27,814 bases of DNA from a virus (taxonomy: Duplodnaviria > Caudoviricetes): positions 1-27,814 of the IMG/VR virus record IMGVR_UViG_3300047295_000151. One strand, given 5' to 3'. The notes beneath the pieces are model-generated. The model was not told where the DNA came from, did not search any database, and saw only the letters and a program-made list of their open reading frames with translations. The translations under genes and the position numbers were made by a program. This document shows positions 15,323 through 24,135 of the stretch, in pieces. The stretch's first letter is position 1, and each line of letters starts with the position of its first letter.

Positions 15323-18300
15323 TGTCGGGCGCGCTGGGCTCCCTGGTCGTCGAAGTCGCGGCCAATGTGGCGCGGTTTCAGAGCGACATGGGGCGCATCG
15401 CCTACATCGCGCAGCAAAACGCCAACACGGTGCAGCGTGCCTTCGACGTCGTGGGCAATTCGCTGAAGGCGCTGGGCGTGGGCCTGTCGCTGGGCGTGGC
15501 CATCGACACCGTCAAGACCAAGATCGAGCAGGCCATCAAGTCCGCTGCCGACCTGGAAGACCTGGCCCAGCGCACGGGCGGCACCATCGAGGGCCTGTCC
15601 AAGCTGACCAACGTGGCGCAGGTCTCGGGCACCGGCACCGACGTCCTGGCCGCCGGCCTGCAGCGCCTGGCCAAGACCATGGTCGACGCGCAGCAGGGCA
15701 GCGAGCAGGCTGCTGCAGCCTTCACCACGCTGGGGATCTCCACCAAGGACCTGGCCTCGCAGCGCCCGGAGGATGTGTTCACCCGCGTGGCCACTGAACT
15801 GGCCAAGTACGAGGACAACGCCGCCAAGACCGCCTTGGCGCAGGAACTGCTGGGCCGGTCCGGCGCCAACCTGCTGCCTGTCTTCAACGACCTGGTCAAC
15901 GTGGGCAGCCTGGCCGCGGTGACGACTGCCGAGCAAAGCGCTGCAGCCAAGGACTACGAGCTCAACTTGCTGCGGCTGCAGGTGACGGTGGACGCGGTGT
16001 TTCGCACGATTGCCCTGCAGATCGTCCCGGTGATGGGCAGCTTCGTCAAGGCGCTGGTGAGCTCAGCCAACTCCACCGACGGCCTGCGCGCCAGCGTGGA
16101 CAAGCTCGCTGCCAACGGCTCGCTGCGCCAGTGGGCCGAGGCCACCGCCATGGGCGTCGCGCGCTTCATTGACGTGCTCAGCGTGGTGCCCGACATCTTC
16201 GTCATCGTGGGCAAGACCATCGGCGCGGCCGCCGCGCAGTTTGCGGGCCTGGGCAAGGTGCTCGCAGGCGTGCTGCAGATGCTGTCGGGCGACATCGCCA
16301 AGGGCGTGCAGACTGCCCAGGAAGGCCTCAAGCAGATCACCGCTGTGGGCAACCTGTGGTGGCAGGACATGCAGCAGATCTGGAACCGGCCGCTGTTTTC
16401 GGAGCGGTTCAAGCAGCAACTGGCGGCTGACGCGCAGGCGATGGCGCAGAGCATGGCTCAAGTTCCCAGCAAGAAGCCATCGCTGCCCAGCCTGCCACCG
16501 GCCGTCAAGCCGCCGCCGACAACAGTCACCGCGGACAACGGTGCCCTCAAGGCGCAGATCGACGCGCAGTTGAAGGTGCTGGACCGGCAGATCCAGCAAG
16601 AGCAGCAGCTCTACCAGATCCGCCAGCAGACGCTGCAGCGCCTGTACGGTGACGACCTGCTGTCTATCAAAGACTACTTCGCTGCCCGGCAAGCCTCCAC
16701 CGAGCAGTACCGGCAGCAGACCTTGGCCTTGTACGACCAGGAAGTCGCCGACCTGCAGCAGGCCATGGCGCGCATGGCCGATGTGCGTGCCAAGGCTGAA
16801 CTGGCCGGCCGGATCCAGGAGATCGACCAACGCAAGCTGCGCGTCACCAACGAAGTTGAACGCCAGACGGTGCTCGACCGCCTCGATCAGGCGCGCGCCA
16901 CCCAGGCCTATGCCGACGAAGTCGAGCGCCTGAACATCCGCCTGCTGGAGTTGCAGGGCAACCTGCAGGAGGCCGCCGCGCGTCAGCGCGCCCTGGACAA
17001 CCGATCTCTGCGCCAGCGCCTGACCATTGAGCAGGACCTTCCGGCCCTGGACGCGCTGAGCCGGATCGAGGAACTGCAGGGCGCCCAGATCGTGCAGGCC
17101 TACGCCGATGAGGTCGAGCGCCTGAACATCCGGCTGCTGGAGTTGCAGGGCAACTTGCAGGAAGCCGCCGCCCGGCAAAACGCCTTGCAGAACCGGGGCT
17201 TGCGGCAACGCCTGACCATCGAGCAGGACTTGCCGGCCTTGGACGCGCTGCAGCAGATCGAGAACTTGCAGACTGCCCAGGCCGCGCTGGATCAGTTCGC
17301 GGCTACGGCCGCCTTGGTCGATGAGCGACTGCGCACCGCCGAAGGTCGCATTGCGCTGGACCAGCAGACCGGCGCTACAACCGAATTGGAGTCGCTGCAG
17401 CGCCTGGGCCAGGCCCGTCAAGCGGCTGCGGCGCAGCTCGCCGAGATCGCCCGGCAGATGGACGCCGTGGCGCAGGCCAGTGGCAACCCCATCATGCTGG
17501 CCAACGTCGAGGCCTTCAAGCTTCGCATCGACGAGCTGGCCGTCTCGGCCGATACCCTGCAAGCCACTTTTCGCGGCATCTTTGTGGGCGGTTTCAGCGG
17601 TTTCCTCACCGACCTGATGCAGGGCACCAAGAGCCTGAAGGAGGCGTTCCTCGACTTCGCCCGTAGCGTCGAGCAGGCCATCACCCGTATCGTGGTGCAG
17701 AACCTGGCGCAGCAGTTGTTCGGCGCCGGGGGGCCCTTGGGTGGGCTTTCGTCGTTCTTCAGCAGCCTCTTTGGCTTCACCCCTGCAGCGTCCGGGGCTG
17801 GAGTCATCACTGGCGGATCGGGGCTCATCGTCCCGGGAATCTCGGGCATGCGTGCGGACGGCGGGCCGGTTTCAGCTAACCAGAGCTACTTGGTGGGCGA
17901 GCGCGGGCCCGAGATCTTCAAGCCCAGCCTGCCCGGCACCATCGTTTCCAACGAGCAGGTCAAGACCAGCGCCCTTGGCAGCCCGCCCTGGCGCTTGAGT
18001 CCTGCGGCGCTGGGCTTGTTGCTGGCGCCGCTGTCGGTGTTGTCGCCGGCCAGTGCCGCGACGGCGCCGGTCGCGCAGCGCGCCGTGAGTGCGGCTTCCG
18101 CCGTTGCGATGTCATCGGCTGCGCCCTTTGCTGTGGCCTTGCCACCTCGCCTAAGCCTGCCGGCCGCTGCACCCTTTGTCCAGGCTGTTGCGGCGCGGCT
18201 CCAGGTGCCCTTGCCGGCGCCCACCGCCGCAGCGCTGCCGCCAACCCTGGCTGCACCACTGCCGCCTACATTGGCCAACGCACTGGCCCATCGCTTGGCT

Positions 18301-18864
18301 GCAGTGGCCGCGCCTGCCGAGATGGTGGCCAGGACCGAGCAGCGCGAACTTGAGTTTCTGGACAGCAGCGCCGGTGGGTTTGCGCAGCCCGTCATGTCGG
18401 ACAAGGACTTTGCGAGCCCTGCCAACACGCCGCTGGCGGCCGTGGGCATCTTCAACTTGGCGGCCAGCAGGCTGGAGATACCCGCCGAGCCCGCCACGGG
18501 TGCGCTGGGAATCGCCATGGCCCCGGCGCTGGTGGCCGGCGCCTTGCCCCAAGCCATCAGCAGCGCCATCCCCGCGCCGTTCGCCCGCTCGCTGTCGGCC
18601 GCACTGGAACTCAACATTGCCGGCTCGCTGCGGGAAGGCGGCCAAGCCTACCGCAACCAAGCCTATGTGGTCGGCGAGGCAGGGCCGGAGATCTTCGTGC
18701 CGAGCACGGCCGGCACGGTGCTGGCCAATCGGCTGGACGGTGCAGCTACGCCCAGCATCGTCATCAACAACAGCTTCGCCCCGGGCACCGACCTGCGCAC
18801 CATCGATCAGGCCGCAACCCAGATTGGTCTGCGCGTACAGCGCGCACTGCGCCGGAGCACCTGA
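15322..18864 (+). CDS. Tape measure protein (1180 aa)
   Basis: N-terminal LGSLVVEVAANVARF; long Ala/Gln/Leu helical sequence; GG...VGE.GPEIF.P motif near the C-terminus; position after the chaperones. Confidence 0.95.
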   Translation: MSGALGSLVVEVAANVARFQSDMGRIAYIAQQNANTVQRAFDVVGNSLKALGVGLSLGVAIDTVKTKIEQAIKSAADLEDLAQRTGGTIEGLSKLTNVAQVSGTGTDVLAAGLQRLAKTMVDAQQGSEQAAAAFTTLGISTKDLASQRPEDVFTRVATELAKYEDNAAKTALAQELLGRSGANLLPVFNDLVNVGSLAAVTTAEQSAAAKDYELNLLRLQVTVDAVFRTIALQIVPVMGSFVKALVSSANSTDGLRASVDKLAANGSLRQWAEATAMGVARFIDVLSVVPDIFVIVGKTIGAAAAQFAGLGKVLAGVLQMLSGDIAKGVQTAQEGLKQITAVGNLWWQDMQQIWNRPLFSERFKQQLAADAQAMAQSMAQVPSKKPSLPSLPPAVKPPPTTVTADNGALKAQIDAQLKVLDRQIQQEQQLYQIRQQTLQRLYGDDLLSIKDYFAARQASTEQYRQQTLALYDQEVADLQQAMARMADVRAKAELAGRIQEIDQRKLRVTNEVERQTVLDRLDQARATQAYADEVERLNIRLLELQGNLQEAAARQRALDNRSLRQRLTIEQDLPALDALSRIEELQGAQIVQAYADEVERLNIRLLELQGNLQEAAARQNALQNRGLRQRLTIEQDLPALDALQQIENLQTAQAALDQFAATAALVDERLRTAEGRIALDQQTGATTELESLQRLGQARQAAAAQLAEIARQMDAVAQASGNPIMLANVEAFKLRIDELAVSADTLQATFRGIFVGGFSGFLTDLMQGTKSLKEAFLDFARSVEQAITRIVVQNLAQQLFGAGGPLGGLSSFFSSLFGFTPAASGAGVITGGSGLIVPGISGMRADGGPVSANQSYLVGERGPEIFKPSLPGTIVSNEQVKTSALGSPPWRLSPAALGLLLAPLSVLSPASAATAPVAQRAVSAASAVAMSSAAPFAVALPPRLSLPAAAPFVQAVAARLQVPLPAPTAAALPPTLAAPLPPTLANALAHRLAAVAAPAEMVARTEQRELEFLDSSAGGFAQPVMSDKDFASPANTPLAAVGIFNLAASRLEIPAEPATGALGIAMAPALVAGALPQAISSAIPAPFARSLSAALELNIAGSLREGGQAYRNQAYVVGEAGPEIFVPSTAGTVLANRLDGAATPSIVINNSFAPGTDLRTIDQAATQIGLRVQRALRRST
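16903..17280 (+). repeat. In-frame tandem duplication in the tape measure, 192-bp (64-aa) period
   Basis: QAYADEVERLNIRLLELQGNLQEAAARQ..L.NR.LRQRLTIEQDLPALDAL..IE.LQ.AQ starts at 16903 and again at 17095. Confidence 0.95.
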
Positions 18865-19499
18865 TGGCTTTTATCGAGTCCCCGCGGTTTCCTGAAGGCA
18901 TCTCCTACCGCTCCACGGGCGGGCCGGCCTGGAAGACGCAAGTGGTGCAGACCTCCAGCGGGCGCGAACAGCGCACCCAGACTTGGCAGGAATCGCTGCG
19001 GCGCTGGGACGCGCTCAACGGCACGCGCAGCGACGCTGATCTGGACCAACTCCAGGCTTGGTTTCTGGTGAGTGCCGGCATGGCCAACGGGTTTCGGTGG
19101 AAGGACTGGAAGGACTACAGCGCGGTTACCGCCAACAGCTCGGGCATCGTCAACAGCACGGGCCTGGGCACCGGCACGGCCAGCGGTCAGCTCTACAAGC
19201 GCTACAGCGTGGGCAGCAACACGCAGGTGCGCAAGATCGCCAAGCCCGTGGCCGGCACCGTCAAGGTCTACAAGAACGGCGTGCTGGTGCTTGCTGGCAC
19301 GTCATCTGGTCAGTGCAGCGTCAACAGCACCACTGGCGTCGTCACCTTCTACGGCACCGCCCCCACGACCAGCGACAGCCTGACCTGGACGGGGGAGTTC
19401 GACGTGCCGGTGCGCTTCGATACCGACACGTTCAGCGCCTCCTACGACGACCTCAACGCCAGCAGCGTCTCGCTGCCGGTGGTCGAAATCCGCTTGTGA
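18864..19499 (+). CDS. Distal tail protein, DUF2460/TIGR02217-like
   Basis: RFP..IS..S.GGP.W.T.VV...SGREQR...W, GFRWKDW.D, GEFDVPVRFDTD motifs. Confidence 0.93.
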   Translation: MAFIESPRFPEGISYRSTGGPAWKTQVVQTSSGREQRTQTWQESLRRWDALNGTRSDADLDQLQAWFLVSAGMANGFRWKDWKDYSAVTANSSGIVNSTGLGTGTASGQLYKRYSVGSNTQVRKIAKPVAGTVKVYKNGVLVLAGTSSGQCSVNSTTGVVTFYGTAPTTSDSLTWTGEFDVPVRFDTDTFSASYDDLNASSVSLPVVEIRL

Positions 19500-19506
19500 A
19501 CAGCCC

Positions 19507-20592
19507 ATGAGAACCATCTCCACCGCCTTGGCCAATCACCTGGCCGGCGAGGTGCTCACCGTGGCCACGCTGTGGAAGATCGTGCGCACCGACGGCCAGA
19601 CCTTCGGGTTTACCGACCACGATCAGGACTTGGTGGTGTCGGGCATCAACTACGCCAGCACTGGCGGCCACACCTCCTCGGCCATCGTCTGGGCCGACGA
19701 CCTGTCCACCAGCAACCAGGAAGTCACCGCTGTCTTCGACAGCTCGGCCATCAACGCCCAGGACGTGGCCGCCGGCCTGTGGGACTACGCGGCCGTCACG
19801 CTGTACCTGGTGAACTACGCCAACCTCAGCATGGGCACGCTGCCGCTGACCACTGGCGTGCTGGGCCAGGTCACGGTCAAGCGCGGCCAGTTCGTGGCCG
19901 AACTGCGCGGCCTGGCGCAACTGCTGCAGCAGGAGATTGGCAGCCTGTACAGCGCCACCTGCCGCGCCAAGCTCGGGGACAGCCGCTGTACGGTCAACCT
20001 GGCGCCCCTGACCGTCAACGCCACCGTCACCACTGCCGTCAACCAGCGGGTGTTCACCGCCGCGTCTTTGACCCAGGCCGGCCCCACCGTGACCTACGAC
20101 AGCGGCAGCTACGCCATCCCCAGCAGCAGCCCGCGCACCATCACGCCCCTGGTGCCGCAGGGCGGATCCTGGGTGGCGGATGTGGCGGTGACCTTCACGC
20201 AGACGCAGGCAGCCCTAACCAAAGTTACAGGAACTCCCGGCCAAGGCCAGTACGCCGTAACTGCAGGCGTCTACTCCTTCTCAGGCTCGGACAGCGGCAA
20301 GAAGGTGGTCTTCACCTTCACCTATGCGCAGGGCTTTTTCACGTACGGCCTGGTGACTTGGCTGACAGGGGCCAATGCGGGCTACCAGATGGACGTGCGG
20401 CAGTTTTCCCCGGGCACGGTGACGCTGGCGCTGCCGATGACCTATCCCATTGCGGTGGGCGACACCTTCACCATCGTGGCCGGCTGCGACAAGACCGCCG
20501 CCACCTGCAAGAGCCGGTTCGCCAACCTGCTGAACTTTCGCGGCGAGCCCTTCATTCCCGGCACCGACGCCATCCTGCGGGTGCAGAGGTAG
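19507..20592 (+). CDS. Baseplate hub protein, DUF2163/TIGR02218 (BR0599-like)
   Basis: R.DG..FGFTDHD.DL, F.AELRG, CRA.LGD.RC, AGCDK...TC..RF.N..NFRGEPFIPG motifs. Confidence 0.94.
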   Translation: MRTISTALANHLAGEVLTVATLWKIVRTDGQTFGFTDHDQDLVVSGINYASTGGHTSSAIVWADDLSTSNQEVTAVFDSSAINAQDVAAGLWDYAAVTLYLVNYANLSMGTLPLTTGVLGQVTVKRGQFVAELRGLAQLLQQEIGSLYSATCRAKLGDSRCTVNLAPLTVNATVTTAVNQRVFTAASLTQAGPTVTYDSGSYAIPSSSPRTITPLVPQGGSWVADVAVTFTQTQAALTKVTGTPGQGQYAVTAGVYSFSGSDSGKKVVFTFTYAQGFFTYGLVTWLTGANAGYQMDVRQFSPGTVTLALPMTYPIAVGDTFTIVAGCDKTAATCKSRFANLLNFRGEPFIPGTDAILRVQR

Positions 20593-20597
20593 CCGTG

Positions 20598-21011
20598 GTG
20601 AGCTCAGAGCAAGTCGTCCTGCAAGCCAGGACGTGGCTGCACACGCCTTATCACCACCAGGGGCGCCTGAAGGGCGTGGGCGTGGACTGCGCGGGTTTGA
20701 TCATCGGCGTGGCCCACGAACTGGGGCTCTCAAGTTTTGACATCGAGGGCTACACCGCACGCCCCAACGGGGACTCCCTGCACCAAGCCTGCCAGGCGCA
20801 GATGCAGGCCCTGACCATCGAGCAGCTCTGCCCGGGTGACGTGCTGCTGTTCCGGTTCGACGCTCACCCTGGTCATCTGGGCTTCTTGAGCGGGACTGAC
20901 ACGCTGCTGCACGCCTACCTGCCGCGGCGCAAGGTGGTCGAACACAGCCTGGACGCCGCCTGGTGGCGCCAAGTCGTGGGCTGCTACCGGCTGCCGGGGG
21001 TGCAGGCATGA
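20598..21011 (+). CDS. NlpC/P60 tail-associated peptidase (TIGR02219-like)
   Basis: ARTWLHTPYHHQGR.KGVGVDCAGL...PGDVLLF...HLG...LLHA; GTG start at 20595 or 20598. Confidence 0.93.
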   Translation: MSSEQVVLQARTWLHTPYHHQGRLKGVGVDCAGLIIGVAHELGLSSFDIEGYTARPNGDSLHQACQAQMQALTIEQLCPGDVLLFRFDAHPGHLGFLSGTDTLLHAYLPRRKVVEHSLDAAWWRQVVGCYRLPGVQA

Positions 21012-24000
21012 CGCAGCTTGCGATTTCCGTGGCCGGTGCCACTGTGGGCTTTGCCATGGGCGGCCCCACCGGTGCGCAGTGGGGCTGGATGGCCGGGAAT
21101 GTCATCGGCGGCCTGCTGTTCCCGCCGCGCATCGAAGGGCCGCGCATGGCCGACCTGCGGGTGCAAAACAGCGCCTACGGCCAACCCATCCCCATCGCCT
21201 ACGGCACGTTTCGGATGGCGGGTAACGTCATCTGGCTGGGCACGCCCGTGGAGCAGTCCTCGTCCTCGGGCAAGGGTGGCCCCAGCACCACCACCTACAG
21301 CGTGCGCGTGTCGTTTGCCGTGGGCCTGTGCGAAGGGCCGATCGTCGGCGTGCGCCGGATTTGGGCCAACGCGCAGCTCATCTACGACATGAGTGCTGGC
21401 GCCAGCGTCAGCAACGTGACGGGCAGCGCCGTGGCTGCCGAGGGCATCCGCATCTACCTCGGCTCCGCCAGCCAAGGCGCGGATCCGACCATGGAGGCCG
21501 AACTGGGCGCCGGCAACGTGCCGGCTTACCGCGGCCTGGCGTACGTCGTGTTCACCGACCTGGATCTGGCCCCGTACGGCAATGCGCTGCCGTCCCTGGC
21601 CTTTGAAGTCGTGACGACCTCGGCGCCGCTGTGGAACCACCAGGAGGTGGCCACCTGGAGCTACGACACCGCACTTGGCACCTTCTTCTCCGCGCCGTGC
21701 CTGACCGCCAGCGCCACCGAGGTCATGGCCTGGGGCTACTACTACGGCTACGAAGGCGTGCGCCTGGCCACGCTGAGCGCCTACGGCGCCAGCCCCAACG
21801 GCTTGTTGGACGGGCTGACGGTGACACCGGGCGAGTTCCCGGCACGCGGGCGCAGCGACGTGCCCGGCGCGTTTGTGCGTGGCCCCACCCACATGCGCTG
21901 GGTCGACGCGCGTGACGCCACCGTCTACGAGACCACCATTCCGCTGCTGTATTTCGGGGGCAATGGCTGCAGCTTCATCAAGTCCGGCAACCAGATCTGG
22001 GCCACCGACAACTACGGCACCTCCAACTACCCGCTGTATCGCTTCGATCTGAGCACGTCCACGCCCGTCACCTCCGCTCAGACCGGGAACTGGTCCGTCA
22101 TCGGCGCCACGGCAAGCTACCTCTACGTCAGCGAGACGAGCACCGGCGCCATCAAGCGGTTCGATCCGCTGACGCTTGACTTCGTCAGCACGGTGATGAC
22201 CGGCCCGTCCTCTGTGGTCGTGGGACACGTCATCGACGATGCACTGGTCTATGTGATCGCCGCAGGCGAGCTGGTCAAGCTGGACTTGATTGCCGGCACC
22301 GCCACCACCCTGGCCGACTTGCCAGGAATGCCCAACGTGCTCAGCATGACCATGCTGAACGAGAGCGCGCTGCTGTACACGACCGTCGGGCTGCAGGACA
22401 TCACCCTGAAGCTGGCGCACGCAAGTCTGGAGAGTGACGGCGTCAGCCTCGCGGCTGTCGTGGCCGACATCTGCGCGCGCGCCGGCCTGCAGAACGCGCA
22501 GATCGACGTCACCGGACTCACCGACACGGTCCTGGGCTACGCCCTGACCAACCGCTCGGCCGCCAAGAGCAACCTCGCCCCGCTGCTGCAGGCCTACCTC
22601 GCGGACGCCGCCGACACCAACGCCAAGCTGAAGTTCGTCAAGCGCGGCGCAGGCCCTGCGTTGACCATCTCTGCCGACGACCTCGGGGCGGCGCATGACG
22701 CCAGCGCCGAAGAAGGTCTGAACCCATTGATTGCGGCGCGCACCCAGGAGGTGGACCTGCCGCAGGTGGTGGAGCTGACCTACATCGGTGCGCAGAACGA
22801 CTACGACAACGGCACGCAGCGCGCCATCCGCGCTGTGACCTTGTCGTTGCAGAAGACCGCCCTGCAGTTGCCCGTGGTGATGCGTGACGACGAGGCGCGC
22901 GGGCGCTGCGAGCTGCTGCTGTGGAGCGCCTGGGTGTCGCGCACCACGCTGACGTTTGCGACCACCCGTGCATACCTCAAGCTCGAACCGACAGACGTCG
23001 TCACCGTGGTTGACACCGACGGCACCAGCCATACCGTGCGCCTGACCAAGTGCGAGGACGACGGCCAGGGCCAACTGCGCTGGACCGCGGTCAGCGAGGA
23101 CCCGACCCTGTACTCCGAGGCGTTCTTGAGCGTGGGTGGGGCTGCGCAGGGTTTTGTGGCACCCAGCATCCCCTACGCCGGGCCCACCCGGCTGGTGGTG
23201 CTGGACGTGCCGCCGCTGCGCGACACCGACACCAGCCAGGCGCTGTACCTTGGCGTGACGGGCTACGACGCTGCCTGGCCAGGGGCGCAGGTGCAGCTTT
23301 CGCGCGACGGCGTGACGTTTGCTGCCGTCGCCACCCTGACCACGCCCGCGACTGTCGGTTTCACGGTCGGCAGCAATGCGACCCTCGGGTCTGGCAGCGG
23401 CGCGCTTGGCGGCAACATCCCCGACGAGACGAGCAGCGTCGACGTGCAGCTCATCAGCGGCTCCCTGAGCAGCACTACCTTCGACGGCCTGCTGGCCGGC
23501 ATCAACGCTGCCCTGATCGGCCAGGAGCTGGTGTATTTCCGCACCGCCACTCTGGTAGCCGCCGGCACCTATCGGCTGAGCGGCTTTCTGCGGGCCCGCC
23601 AAGGCACCGAATGGGCCGCCGCCACACACGCCGCCGGTGATACCTTCGTGCTGCTCGACACCGCGCTCTATCGCCTGCCGCTGCAACTGTCAGACCTCGG
23701 TCAGACCTTGAAGCTGCTGCCCGTGACCTTGGGCCAGACGGTCAGAACCAGTGACGCCCTGAGCGTGACGGTGCAAGAGGCCTGTGTGCGCCCGCTCGCC
23801 CCCGCGCAGCTTCGGGCCAACCCAGGCTCAACGGCATCCCCGAGCGACATCACCCTGAGCTGGATCCGGCGAGCCCGCGTCAACGCCGCTTGGCTCAACG
23901 GCACCGACGTGCCGCTGGACCAGGCCAGCGAGTCCTACGAGGTCCAGGTCTTGAGCGGCAGCGTGGTGGTGCGCACGGTCACCGTCACCGCTGCGCAAGG

Positions 24001-24130
24001 CTGGATCTACAGCGCAGCAGCCATCAGCGCCGACGGTTTCACCAGTGGCCAGACCATTAGTTTTGCAGTGGCGCAGAACAGCGACCAAGGCGTCCTCGGC
24101 CACGCCGCCAGCACCACGATCGTGAGGTAA
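21008..24130 (+). CDS. Central tail-tip / host-specificity protein (RcGTA megatron-like, J-like)
   Basis: EGPR..DL.V..S.YG.PIP..YG..R..GNVIW, SFAVGLCEG, PAYRGLAY.VF.DL.L..YGN..P, LSGFLRAR.GTE, SW.RR.R...W....DVPL motifs. Confidence 0.93.
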   Translation: MTQLAISVAGATVGFAMGGPTGAQWGWMAGNVIGGLLFPPRIEGPRMADLRVQNSAYGQPIPIAYGTFRMAGNVIWLGTPVEQSSSSGKGGPSTTTYSVRVSFAVGLCEGPIVGVRRIWANAQLIYDMSAGASVSNVTGSAVAAEGIRIYLGSASQGADPTMEAELGAGNVPAYRGLAYVVFTDLDLAPYGNALPSLAFEVVTTSAPLWNHQEVATWSYDTALGTFFSAPCLTASATEVMAWGYYYGYEGVRLATLSAYGASPNGLLDGLTVTPGEFPARGRSDVPGAFVRGPTHMRWVDARDATVYETTIPLLYFGGNGCSFIKSGNQIWATDNYGTSNYPLYRFDLSTSTPVTSAQTGNWSVIGATASYLYVSETSTGAIKRFDPLTLDFVSTVMTGPSSVVVGHVIDDALVYVIAAGELVKLDLIAGTATTLADLPGMPNVLSMTMLNESALLYTTVGLQDITLKLAHASLESDGVSLAAVVADICARAGLQNAQIDVTGLTDTVLGYALTNRSAAKSNLAPLLQAYLADAADTNAKLKFVKRGAGPALTISADDLGAAHDASAEEGLNPLIAARTQEVDLPQVVELTYIGAQNDYDNGTQRAIRAVTLSLQKTALQLPVVMRDDEARGRCELLLWSAWVSRTTLTFATTRAYLKLEPTDVVTVVDTDGTSHTVRLTKCEDDGQGQLRWTAVSEDPTLYSEAFLSVGGAAQGFVAPSIPYAGPTRLVVLDVPPLRDTDTSQALYLGVTGYDAAWPGAQVQLSRDGVTFAAVATLTTPATVGFTVGSNATLGSGSGALGGNIPDETSSVDVQLISGSLSSTTFDGLLAGINAALIGQELVYFRTATLVAAGTYRLSGFLRARQGTEWAAATHAAGDTFVLLDTALYRLPLQLSDLGQTLKLLPVTLGQTVRTSDALSVTVQEACVRPLAPAQLRANPGSTASPSDITLSWIRRARVNAAWLNGTDVPLDQASESYEVQVLSGSVVVRTVTVTAAQGWIYSAAAISADGFTSGQTISFAVAQNSDQGVLGHAASTTIVR

Positions 24131-24135
24131 CCCAC

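Noticed and set aside
16903-17280. Tape measure duplication as a DGR template/variable repeat pair
   Set aside because: Copies are tandem and in frame, differences are not adenine-specific, and there is no reverse transcriptase in the window.
19572-20597. 479-aa ORF suggesting an N-terminally extended NlpC/P60
   Set aside because: The extension overlaps the DUF2163 gene out of frame; recognisable NlpC/P60 sequence begins only at 20595-20598.
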